Assembly (NCBI GenBank): GCA_003156715.1
Contig: PMHO01000038.1
Coordinates: 21,891-61,717, forward strand
Length of the DNA: 39,827 nt
Direction of reading: 5' to 3'
Source: Vulcanimicrobiota bacterium
GTDB lineage: Bacteria; Vulcanimicrobiota; Vulcanimicrobiia; Vulcanimicrobiales; Vulcanimicrobiaceae
Under the pieces are notes generated by a model. It saw only the letters and a list, made by a program, of their open reading frames with translations. It had not been told where the DNA came from and did no database searches. This document shows, in pieces, positions 15,987 to 24,138 of the stretch; positions within the stretch are counted from its first letter, which is position 1; each line of letters opens with the position of its first letter. A program made the translations under genes and the position numbers.

Positions 15987-17408
15987 ATGATAGATCATAT
16001 GGCCGGTTATTTGAAGCGGTACGAACCCGACGACAACGGGCTGCGCTTCCAGGACCTGGTCTACCAAGGCAACTTCAAGGGGATGGAGCCCGTTCCCGAC
16101 GGGATTCTCGGCGACAAGATCATGCGCCAGCGCGCAAAGAGCAAGGTCCTCGAGAAAGTCAGCCACCAGGACGTGCTCAGAGACAACTTCACGATCGACG
16201 AGCTCAACGATCTCAACAACTACCTGGCCTGGAACATTTGGGACGTGCTCGTCATGCGCGCGACCGAGGGCGTGTCGGGCATGATCCCGCGCCAGGAATA
16301 CGAGATCTTGGCGTTTATGCACGAGTTCTACCGCTGGCCGGAGATCCTGCGCATGACCAACGATGAGGTTGGAGCACAAGCGATCATCGACATCGGCAAG
16401 AGCGCCCGGCGCGAGATCGGAACGAAGGTGAACTGCGTTCACGACTGGTGCATCGGCGCGGTCGGATTCGGCATGGGCCGCTGCGGACTGCTCGCCCTCG
16501 AAGTCATCAAACCGCAAGATTTCGTCGAGGAAAGCAACATCATCCTCAAGTTCATGCAGCGCGTTCTGTGGGGCAAGCGCCAAGACGGCTACATCCTCAA
16601 CTCGCAAGATCGCTACCGCTGCTTGATCCACGACCAAGATTTCCTGGACACGCTGACGCCGCAGCTCGAGGAGATCGAGGCAGGCAGTGAAAAGCACGAC
16701 GCTTTCGTCCGCTTCAACGCGACCGCCGAGCTGCTCGCCTTCCTCGACCACTACGACTGCCGCCTCGGTCTAGGGGACACCGGGCCCTATCCACTTCCGG
16801 ACGGAAAGGTCTTGATCGTTCGCGACCTTTTCTGCAACGAAGAAGTCTACCACTGGAGCGACGTGTGCGATCACGAGAAGGTCCCGCACGCGTACACGAT
16901 GCTGGTCGTCCTGGATGCGGCCAAGATGGGGCTCGAGGAAATTCGGGTCAACGACATCTCGACGACCTTCACCCGGCCCAAGAACTACATCCCGTATATC
17001 ACCGCAGGCGCGGTGTTCGTGCGCGAGAAGTGGAACACGCCCATGTCCGAGGTGTACTCCGTTCCCATCAAGGATCTCGCACCGCGGCTGCATGGCGTGC
17101 AGCAAGCCACGCTCAAGCTCTACACCAAGACCTCGCGCATGTCGCGCCGCCAGTTGATCACCAACGGAATGTACGATTACTACATCGAGATGATCTTACC
17201 CCACTTGCGACTGGCCGGAACGTACGAGAAGGCGTGCAAGGAGTACGACTTCTGGGAGATCGACCATCGCATCTCGGATTACTACTACGACATCACCAAG
17301 CGCGGCTTCGCACAGGCAACCGTGCCGCAGAAGATCTTCTCGGGCGAAGGCTACCTGCCGTTCCCGGACAACGTCGATCCGCGGCGTTCGAAGTACTTCT
17401 GGGATTAA
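15987..17408 (+). CDS. Hypothetical protein (473 aa), Cys/His-containing, with Asp/Glu/Lys/Tyr-rich composition; function unknown
   Basis: It has an AGAGAGG RBS. This is a long clean ORF whose amino-acid composition and apparently lower GC differ from its Ala/Arg-rich neighbours. It lies between the swivel-domain gene and the second BMC-H. I recognise no family motif. Confidence 0.6.
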   Translation: MIDHMAGYLKRYEPDDNGLRFQDLVYQGNFKGMEPVPDGILGDKIMRQRAKSKVLEKVSHQDVLRDNFTIDELNDLNNYLAWNIWDVLVMRATEGVSGMIPRQEYEILAFMHEFYRWPEILRMTNDEVGAQAIIDIGKSARREIGTKVNCVHDWCIGAVGFGMGRCGLLALEVIKPQDFVEESNIILKFMQRVLWGKRQDGYILNSQDRYRCLIHDQDFLDTLTPQLEEIEAGSEKHDAFVRFNATAELLAFLDHYDCRLGLGDTGPYPLPDGKVLIVRDLFCNEEVYHWSDVCDHEKVPHAYTMLVVLDAAKMGLEEIRVNDISTTFTRPKNYIPYITAGAVFVREKWNTPMSEVYSVPIKDLAPRLHGVQQATLKLYTKTSRMSRRQLITNGMYDYYIEMILPHLRLAGTYEKACKEYDFWEIDHRISDYYYDITKRGFAQATVPQKIFSGEGYLPFPDNVDPRRSKYFWD

Positions 17409-17477
17409 CGCCGTTTGGCCGGCATCGGGGTTACGTACGGTAGCGTGCGTAGCCCCAATGCGGCCGGCGAGAGCGCG

Positions 17478-17774
17478 ATGATTGAGACGTTTGGGGTTGA
17501 GGCTCTGGGGCTGGTCGAGACCTTCGGCCTGGCAGCGGCCGTGGAGGCGGCCGATGCGATGGTGAAGACCGCGAGCGTCCGCGTCATTACCAAGCAGCAG
17601 CCAGGCGGCGGGCTCATCGCCATCATGGTGACCGGGGAAACGAGCGCCGTGCAGTCCGCGGTCGATGCCGGCGTCGCAGCGGCCGAGCGCGTCGGCCGCG
17701 TCGTCAGCCGGCGCGTCATCGCCAGACCTGACGCAGACATTCTCGACCTGCTCGAGCGGCCGCCGGTGCGTTGA
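17478..17774 (+). CDS. BMC-H shell protein, second copy (satellite)
   Basis: From the internal ATG 17478 the sequence runs MIETFGVEALGLVETFGLAAAVEAADAMVKTASVRVITKQQPGGGLIAIMVTGETSAVQSAVDAGVAAAERVGRVVSRRVIARP, a canonical BMC domain. Confidence 0.85.
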   Translation: MIETFGVEALGLVETFGLAAAVEAADAMVKTASVRVITKQQPGGGLIAIMVTGETSAVQSAVDAGVAAAERVGRVVSRRVIARPDADILDLLERPPVR

Positions 17775-17830
17775 GCGGCACCCCCGCGCAAAGGCGCGGG
17801 AGCTGCCGGGGTAGGCAAGAAGGTAGCCGC

Positions 17831-18730
17831 ATGAAGCGGCCTACCTCCTTGCGCGCGGCTCGGAAGCCGCCGCTCTCGAAAAAGGCCGCCTCGCATCGTC
17901 TCACGGGCTCGACGGCGGCGGCTTCCAAACCGGCGTTCAAGCCCGTTCTCCACCGCCGGGCTTTTGAAGACGTCATCTTCCAGATCGAGGAAGCGATCTT
18001 GGACGGGCGGCTCGCCGTCGGCGACCGGCTGCCTCCGGAGCGCGAGCTGGCCGAAGCATTTCAGGTAAGCCGCCCATCCGTGCGCGAAGCCTTGCGCGTG
18101 TTGGAGGCGTTTGGAATCTTGAGCGCGCGGCGCGGCGCGGGTTCCGAATCCGGTTCGGTCGTGCGCGGCGAAAACAACCAGGGCCTGGCCAACACCCTGC
18201 GGCTGTACGTCTCGCTGCTGCGCATACCGCTGCTCGATTTGCTTGAGATTCGAGAAGCGCTTGAGACCTGGTCTTTTCGCGGCGCGGCGGCCCGGGCGAC
18301 GCCCGACGCACTCACGCGCCTCGGACGGCTAGTCGACCAGATGGACGCCGCGCTCGATCCCGAGGTTTTCTTGGAACGCGATACCGAATTCCACGTAGCG
18401 ATCGCGAAGATGTCGGGTAACGCGGTGGCGCCGCTGTTCACCGAGGCCTTGCGCGAAGCGATCGCGCGCCAAATTCTCGACGCGTTCCGAAAACTCGACG
18501 ACTGGCCTGCCGAGCACGCGTGGCTCGTCGCCGAGCACCGCGGTTTGGTGGCGGCGATTCGATCCGGCGTGGCGGAAAAAGCGGCCGGTGCCGCAAGCGA
18601 TCACATCCGCGACTTCTACCGGCGGATGTTCGGTCCGCAGCCGAGCGTGGCCGCGCCGGCGCGCCCCGCACGGGCATCCCTTGGACGGCGCAAACGCAAG
18701 GCCGGCGGCGGGAATTCGCGTTTGGCCTGA
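17831..18730 (+). CDS. GntR-family transcriptional regulator, FadR/FCD subfamily
   Basis: The HTH is LPPERELAEAFQVSRPSVREALRVLEAFGIL, followed by a helical FCD-like C-terminal domain. The start is ATG 17831; the longer TTG 17771 start would overlap the BMC-H stop. Confidence 0.8.
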   Translation: MKRPTSLRAARKPPLSKKAASHRLTGSTAAASKPAFKPVLHRRAFEDVIFQIEEAILDGRLAVGDRLPPERELAEAFQVSRPSVREALRVLEAFGILSARRGAGSESGSVVRGENNQGLANTLRLYVSLLRIPLLDLLEIREALETWSFRGAAARATPDALTRLGRLVDQMDAALDPEVFLERDTEFHVAIAKMSGNAVAPLFTEALREAIARQILDAFRKLDDWPAEHAWLVAEHRGLVAAIRSGVAEKAAGAASDHIRDFYRRMFGPQPSVAAPARPARASLGRRKRKAGGGNSRLA

Positions 18731-18787
18731 CCAATCTTACGGTTTACCAGAACTCGGGCGAAACGGTCTTAGAGATGGGAGCGAACG

Positions 18788-20185
18788 ATGAGCCGAGTGC
18801 TAGAGACCCCGCGCAAACGTGACAGCCTTCCCTACGGCGGTTACTACCGTCACGACGACGAGTCGGTTCCCAAGTCCGAGCGGGAGCTGACGCACGCCGG
18901 CCCGGGCAGCCCGATGGGCGAATACATGCGCCGTTTCTGGCAGCCGGTGTGCCTTTCGCAGGAGCTTACCGACGTCCCGAAAGCGATCCGCATCCTTCAC
19001 GAGGACCTGGTCGTCTTCAGAGACCGCAGCGGCCGCATCGGCCTGCTGCATCTGCATTGCAGCCATCGCGGGACGTCGCTAGAGTTCGGCATCGTGCAGC
19101 AACGCGGCATTCGCTGTTGCTATCACGGCTGGCTGTACGACGTCGATGGAACGGTCCTGGAAATGCCGTGCGAGCCGAGCGACACGCGCCTCAAGCAGAC
19201 CGTTTGCCAAGGAGCCTATCCAGCGTTCGAGCGCGACGGTATCGTCTTTGCATACATGGGGCCGCCCGAAGCGAAACCGGTCTTCCCGGAATACGACGCG
19301 TATCGGATGCCGGCCGGAACGCGCCTGGTCCCCTTCTCAAACCTCTATGCCTGCAATTGGCTGCAAGTCTACGAGAATCTGATCGACCACTTTCATTCGG
19401 CCGTTCTGCACAACAACATGACGGTCGATAGCATCGACGCGGAGCTCGCGGCCGGCCTGAACTTAGGGGAAGGCTTCCGCGAGATGCCGGTCATCGAATG
19501 GCATGCAACGCGCAACGGCAACGGTCTGATCTTCTCCGCGGCGCGGCGCGTGGCCGACGACCGCATTTGGATTCGCATCACCGAGCAAAACTTCCCCAAC
19601 TTCGTTGCCACCGCGTCGCTGGTCCCTTCGGCCGCGCGCTTGCGGCACACCACCGTCGCGATGTCGCGCTGGCAAGTACCCGTCGACGACGAGAACATGA
19701 TCGTTCTGGGGTGGCGGCACTTCAACGATGAGATCGATCCCGACCACATGGGATGCGCGGAAGACTGCGGCGTCGACCGCATCGATTTCCTCGATGGGCA
19801 AACGCGGCACCGCACCTACGATGAGAAGCAGCGCGCGCCGGGCGACTACGAAGCGATGACAAGCCAACGCCCGGTCGCCCTCCATCATCTCGAACATCCC
19901 GGTAAGTCGGATGTGGGCGTCTACACCTGCCGGCAGCTTTTGCGCGACGCGGTCCGCGGCAAAGCGTCCTCGAACGGTCACGCGCCCGCCGGCGAGTCGC
20001 TGCCCGTGTACACCTCCGATTCCGTGCTGCGCCTGCCGCGCCGGGAGGGACCGGAGGACCGCGAGCTGCTCGTGCAAACCGCGCGCCGCGTCGTCGAAAT
20101 CATGCGCGAATGCGACGAGTTACCTTCCGCGGAGCGCAACGAGCACGCCTTGAAGCGCCTCGACGAACTCGACGGCGGCTTGTAG
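18788..20185 (+). CDS. Rieske [2Fe-2S] non-haem-iron oxygenase alpha subunit
   Basis: The Rieske motif is CSHRGTSLEFG...CCYHGWLYD (CxH...CxxH). The C-terminal catalytic domain is His/Asp-containing, and there is a GGGAG RBS. No reductase or ferredoxin partner is present in this window. Confidence 0.85.
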   Translation: MSRVLETPRKRDSLPYGGYYRHDDESVPKSERELTHAGPGSPMGEYMRRFWQPVCLSQELTDVPKAIRILHEDLVVFRDRSGRIGLLHLHCSHRGTSLEFGIVQQRGIRCCYHGWLYDVDGTVLEMPCEPSDTRLKQTVCQGAYPAFERDGIVFAYMGPPEAKPVFPEYDAYRMPAGTRLVPFSNLYACNWLQVYENLIDHFHSAVLHNNMTVDSIDAELAAGLNLGEGFREMPVIEWHATRNGNGLIFSAARRVADDRIWIRITEQNFPNFVATASLVPSAARLRHTTVAMSRWQVPVDDENMIVLGWRHFNDEIDPDHMGCAEDCGVDRIDFLDGQTRHRTYDEKQRAPGDYEAMTSQRPVALHHLEHPGKSDVGVYTCRQLLRDAVRGKASSNGHAPAGESLPVYTSDSVLRLPRREGPEDRELLVQTARRVVEIMRECDELPSAERNEHALKRLDELDGGL

Positions 20186-20371
20186 TCAGTCGAGGTCGAA
20201 GCTAAGCGCGTCGAGCGCAGCTTTCTCTTGAAGCGTCGCAGTCGAGCACGGGAAGCGCAACGCGATGTAGTCGCAAGCGCGACAGACTTCCATGCCGCGA
20301 AAATCTTCGTGCATGTCCCGGCGATGTCCGCAGCGTTCACACGGACGCGGATCGGCTTGTGCTTGCTGCAT
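20186..20371 (-). CDS. Small zinc-ribbon-like protein, about 61 aa (weak call)
   Basis: MQQAQADPRPCERCGHRRDMHEDFRGMEVCRACDYIALRF contains two CxxC pairs. It is convergent with, and abuts, the Rieske gene. It could be spurious. Confidence 0.3.
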   Translation of the reverse strand: MQQAQADPRPCERCGHRRDMHEDFRGMEVCRACDYIALRFPCSTATLQEKAALDALSFDLD

Positions 20372-20663
20372 CGCGACGACTCGCTTCGGTAGGCGTCGAC
20401 CCTCCTTCTCCACCAGCGCGAACGCACCCGGTCCGGGGCATGCCTCGCTAGGCCCTTGACGCGGTTGTCCGGCTGATCGACTTCGCCAAGCGCTGCCGGA
20501 GCGCACGCGGCGGCGACCGAGCCCCGGGACCCGGCAGATAACCGTCGAAGCCGCTACTCTCCGGTTACGGTTCGCAGTTCAAACCCGTCGCCGCAGCAGG
20601 TACCGCTCTACGGAGCGGGCCTCGACTTTCAGTGTCGTTACCGCGCCAAGAAAGGAACCTCTG

Positions 20664-22298
20664 ATGAAGGCTCGATTTGGTTTCGTGCAAGGAGCACTCG
20701 TACGAACGCTCGTTGCCGCCGTAGCATGCGCGGCTTTCGCCGTCGCGCACCCGCTCGCCGCCGGCGCGAGGGGAGTGCTTGCCGCTCCGGCGACACGCGT
20801 CCTACCGGCGAACGGACTCGAGGTCTTGACGCATGACGGCTGGGTTCGCGGCAAGACGCTCGATGGAATGTCCGCTTTCCTCGGCATCCCATACGCGCAA
20901 CCGCCCGTCGGAAGCTTGCGCTGGCGCGCACCGCAGCCCCACCCGCCTTGGGCCTCGCCGCTCGATGCGAGGCATTTCGGGTCGCCCTGCCCGCAAGTCA
21001 AATCTCCCTTCGGCGTGAAGAGCTCGAATGAAGATTGCCTGTTCCTCAACGTGTTTCTGCCCCAGAACAGCAGCAGCACGTCCCGGCGCTTGCCGGTGAT
21101 GGTTTGGATTCACGGCGGTGGATTCGTCGTCGGGGCGAGCAATTTGTACGACCCCAACCGCATCGTGCCCCAGGGCGTCATCGTCGTGACGATCAACTAC
21201 CGCCTCGGCCTGCTCGGATTCTTCGCACAGTCGGCGCTCGACGCAGAGCCGGGCCTGCACGTTAACTACGGCTTGATGGATCAGCAGCTCGCCCTCGCGT
21301 GGGTGCGGCGCAACATTGCAGCCTTCGGCGGCGATCCGGGCTCGATGACGGTTTTTGGTGAGTCGGCGGGCGGACTCAGCGTCTTCTCACAGCTGGCCTC
21401 GCCGCTCGCAAACGGTCTGTTCGATCGGGCGATCATCGAGAGCGGCTCGTATCAAATCGCTGCCTTGCCGTCGCTGCAGACCTCGGAGGCGACCGGCAAC
21501 GCCCTGGCGATGACCCTTGGCTGCTCGAACGAGCGCGTCAAGTGCCTGCGCGGCGTGCCGGTCAGCGCTCTCCTGGCGCAGACACCGTCGGAAGAGACGC
21601 CGACGATCGACGGTAAGCTTCTTCCGACGATGCCCGCTACCGCATTTGCGCAAGGAACCTTCAATCGCGTGCCTGTCATCGACGGAACCAATCACGATGA
21701 GTTCCGGCTCTTTATTGCAGAAGACTTCGACCTCAGTGCGAACGGACCGGTGCAACCGGCGCAATACGCACCGCTCCTGCAAGGCGAGTTCGGCTCGCTG
21801 GCCCCCAAGGTGCTCAGGAAATACCCGCTCGCGAACTACCCGAGCCCCGATTTGGCGCTGGCGACACTGTTGACCGACTACGTTTTCAGTTGCCAGGCAC
21901 TTTCCGCCAACGACTCGCTCTCGCAATGGGTGCCGACGTTTGCCTACGAGTTCTACGACGAAAACGCGCCGGAGGAGTTCCTTCCACCGGTCAGCTTCCC
22001 GTACGGCTCAGCGCACGCGAGCGAGCTGCAATTCTTCTGGGACGAATTCTCCCATTCGGAACCGAGCCAGCTCAGCTCGATCGAGCTGCAGTTGGCAGCG
22101 CAGATGATCTCGTACTGGACGACCTTCGCTGCCACGTCGAACCCTAACGGGTCCAGCACTTCCTACTGGCCCTATTTCGTCGGCAACTACGACGACGTGA
22201 ACTCGTTCGTTCCACCGACGCCGGGCGTGGTCCGGGACTTCTCAAAAGAGCATAACTGCAATTTTTGGAAGCCGTTCCCGCCGCCCGCATTTGCCTAG
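20664..22298 (+). CDS. Secreted type-B carboxylesterase (PF00135-like)
   Basis: It has an N-terminal signal peptide (LVAAVACAAFAVAHPLAAGA), then GIPYAQPPVGSLRWRAPQP, the oxyanion-hole motif VWIHGGGF, and the nucleophile elbow GESAGG. An AAAGGAA RBS lies upstream. Confidence 0.85.
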   Translation: MKARFGFVQGALVRTLVAAVACAAFAVAHPLAAGARGVLAAPATRVLPANGLEVLTHDGWVRGKTLDGMSAFLGIPYAQPPVGSLRWRAPQPHPPWASPLDARHFGSPCPQVKSPFGVKSSNEDCLFLNVFLPQNSSSTSRRLPVMVWIHGGGFVVGASNLYDPNRIVPQGVIVVTINYRLGLLGFFAQSALDAEPGLHVNYGLMDQQLALAWVRRNIAAFGGDPGSMTVFGESAGGLSVFSQLASPLANGLFDRAIIESGSYQIAALPSLQTSEATGNALAMTLGCSNERVKCLRGVPVSALLAQTPSEETPTIDGKLLPTMPATAFAQGTFNRVPVIDGTNHDEFRLFIAEDFDLSANGPVQPAQYAPLLQGEFGSLAPKVLRKYPLANYPSPDLALATLLTDYVFSCQALSANDSLSQWVPTFAYEFYDENAPEEFLPPVSFPYGSAHASELQFFWDEFSHSEPSQLSSIELQLAAQMISYWTTFAATSNPNGSSTSYWPYFVGNYDDVNSFVPPTPGVVRDFSKEHNCNFWKPFPPPAFA

Positions 22299-22311
22299 GA
22301 TCTGACGGATA

Positions 22312-22347
22312 GCGGCGCCGCCGGCCCACGGCGGCGCCGCACTCTTT
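22312..22347 (+). terminator. Candidate intrinsic terminator downstream of the esterase gene
   Basis: gcggcgccgcc / ggcccac / ggcggcgccgc is a perfect 11-bp stem with a 7-nt loop, followed by actcttt. Confidence 0.45.
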
Positions 22348-22358
22348 GGGGCCGGACC

Positions 22359-22691
22359 TTGAAATGCCGCCGGACGGGGGGTATTCTTGGGGAGTGGTAC
22401 ATTTGGCCAAAAAGAGTGGAGCCCGTTGTGACTTTCGACCAATGGATTGATGCCGTGAACGCCCAGGTCCGCGCCAAGCTGGGAGACGCCGTCCGCGCTG
22501 AGGAGATCTCGTGGGATTCGGCGATCTGGGTCAGCCGCGCCGGAACGGCGGTGGCAACGGCCGCCGACGACGGGGTCACCGCGCGCCTGTGGTTCGACGG
22601 CGGCGAGAAGCTCGTCTTTCCGGTGGGAGACCCGGCCGCGGCGCCCGAGCTCGTCGGACAAGCCATCGCGGAGCGTCTCACCGTCCGATAA
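22359..22691 (+). CDS. Hypothetical small protein
   Basis: An ORF with protein-like composition (VTFDQWIDAVNAQVRAKLGDAVRAEEISWDSAIWVSRAGTAV...). No motif is recognised, and the start is uncertain. Confidence 0.3.
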   Translation: MKCRRTGGILGEWYIWPKRVEPVVTFDQWIDAVNAQVRAKLGDAVRAEEISWDSAIWVSRAGTAVATAADDGVTARLWFDGGEKLVFPVGDPAAAPELVGQAIAERLTVR

Positions 22692-22734
22692 ACTCACAGT
22701 CATTCACCGCTTTCACGGTCCGCTGGGCCGGCCG

Positions 22735-23139
22735 TTGGACCGTTGTCGGATGCGCCGGCGCGGGCCAGGCGCTAGCGTTGCGGGGATGGCACGAAGCGAG
22801 CCGCTGAAGCTGCTAGACCTGACCGTATCCCTTTACCGAGCCCTCGGGCCGAGCGTCGTCTTGAGGCGCGAAGCCCAGGGTGCGAGCTGGACGTTCGACG
22901 GGCAGTCGGCTTTCGTCGAGATGCAGTCCGGCGGAATCGCGGCGCGATTCGTCGACCGGCCCGCGATCGATGCGGTTTCCTCGTCGCGCGCGGCCGCCGT
23001 TTATTGCGTCCCCGAGTTGTACGCCTTGAACGCAGCCGGTTGCGAGCGCATGGTCTGCGACCTGCTCGCGTTTTTCTGCGGAACGCGCGAACCGCGCTTC
23101 CGCTTTAGCGGCGCGGAGGCGTTCGAAGCCGCCGGCTAA
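22735..23139 (+). CDS. Hypothetical protein
   Basis: An ORF with moderate protein-like composition. Its start may instead be at MARSEPLKLL (22786). The 3' end overlaps the stop of the convergent epimerase-family gene. Confidence 0.3.
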   Translation: MDRCRMRRRGPGASVAGMARSEPLKLLDLTVSLYRALGPSVVLRREAQGASWTFDGQSAFVEMQSGGIAARFVDRPAIDAVSSSRAAAVYCVPELYALNAAGCERMVCDLLAFFCGTREPRFRFSGAEAFEAAG

Positions 23140-24026
23140 CCCGCGTAGGAACCGCGCTCGAGGTCGTCAAGGATCGTGGTGCTGCGCACCGTCCAGCCGA
23201 GCCGCTGCCGAGCGCGCGCCGAAGTCAGTCGCTGGTCTAAGACGAGCGCGTCGGCAAAGGGTCCGAGTTCCTTGCGCGCTTCATCAAGCGGCCACGAGTG
23301 CACCGCGCCGCCACGGCCGGCCCCGCGGCTGGCCGCTTCCGCCATCTCGCGCACGGAAAATGCCGTCTCGTCGTTCGCGTTGAAGAGATCGCCGCCGCTT
23401 GCGCCGTCGAACATCAGAACGTACAGGCGCGCGAGATCCTCGACGTGGACCACCGCCCACCGATTGCGCCCGTCCCCGACGAAGGACGCCGCACCGCGAT
23501 CGCGGGCCGAGCTGACGAGCATCGCCGGGATTCCGCGCCCTTCTCCGTAGACGTCACCGGGCCGTACGACGCTCGCTCTGACGCCGCTGTGCGCGCCGTC
23601 GAGCGCGATGCGTTCGAGTTCGGGCCGCCGCGCGACGAGCGCGGGCGGATTCAACGGCGCATCCTCGTCGGCCACTCGCTCGCCGGTGTCGCCGTATGCC
23701 CAGGCGCCGCTCGTATAGACGAACGGTTTACCGCTGTTTGCCAAGCCCTCGACGATGGCACGCAGCGCGAGCGACTCGATATCGAAGGCGTTGGGGGCGT
23801 AGAGCTGCACCGCGTAGATGACGCCATCCGATTGCGCGGCAAGCGCCGCGACCCGCGACGATTGGTCAACGTCGCCCGCAACCGGCTCGTGGCCGGCAGC
23901 TCGAAGTTTGGCAGCCGCCTCCTCCGAGCGTGCCAAACCGGTAACGGCGTGCCCGGCGGCGGCGAGCTCTCGGCAAACTGCCGAGCCGATATAGCCGGTC
24001 GCTCCGATAACGAGAACGTTCATCAT
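23136..24026 (-). CDS. NAD(P)-binding epimerase/dehydratase-family (NmrA/SDR-extended-like) protein
   Basis: The N-terminus MMNVLVIGATGYIGSAVCRELAAAGHAVTGLARS is a Rossmann GxxGxxG motif. Confidence 0.75.
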   Translation of the reverse strand: MMNVLVIGATGYIGSAVCRELAAAGHAVTGLARSEEAAAKLRAAGHEPVAGDVDQSSRVAALAAQSDGVIYAVQLYAPNAFDIESLALRAIVEGLANSGKPFVYTSGAWAYGDTGERVADEDAPLNPPALVARRPELERIALDGAHSGVRASVVRPGDVYGEGRGIPAMLVSSARDRGAASFVGDGRNRWAVVHVEDLARLYVLMFDGASGGDLFNANDETAFSVREMAEAASRGAGRGGAVHSWPLDEARKELGPFADALVLDQRLTSARARQRLGWTVRSTTILDDLERGSYAG

Positions 24027-24138
24027 GCAATCCTCTTCGAACCCTGGTGAGGTAGTCCGTGATTCATCAGGACAACCGCTTTTACGACCGTGCCGGTTTC
24101 CGAAATCGTGGATCGCATCGTTGTTTCAGCAGGCTTTC

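Noticed and set aside
15954-16751. Antisense ORF 15954..16751 (265 aa) opposite the 473-aa gene
   Set aside because: The + strand ORF is longer (473 aa), has an RBS, and has normal, non-Arg-rich protein composition. The antisense frame is Val/Glu/Leu-biased, as expected for the reverse complement of a Lys/Asp/Glu-rich gene.
20507-20663. A possible riboswitch or structured leader upstream of the esterase gene
   Set aside because: I could not identify a conserved riboswitch core or a convincing long-range pairing. It is more likely an ordinary 157-nt 5' UTR or promoter region.
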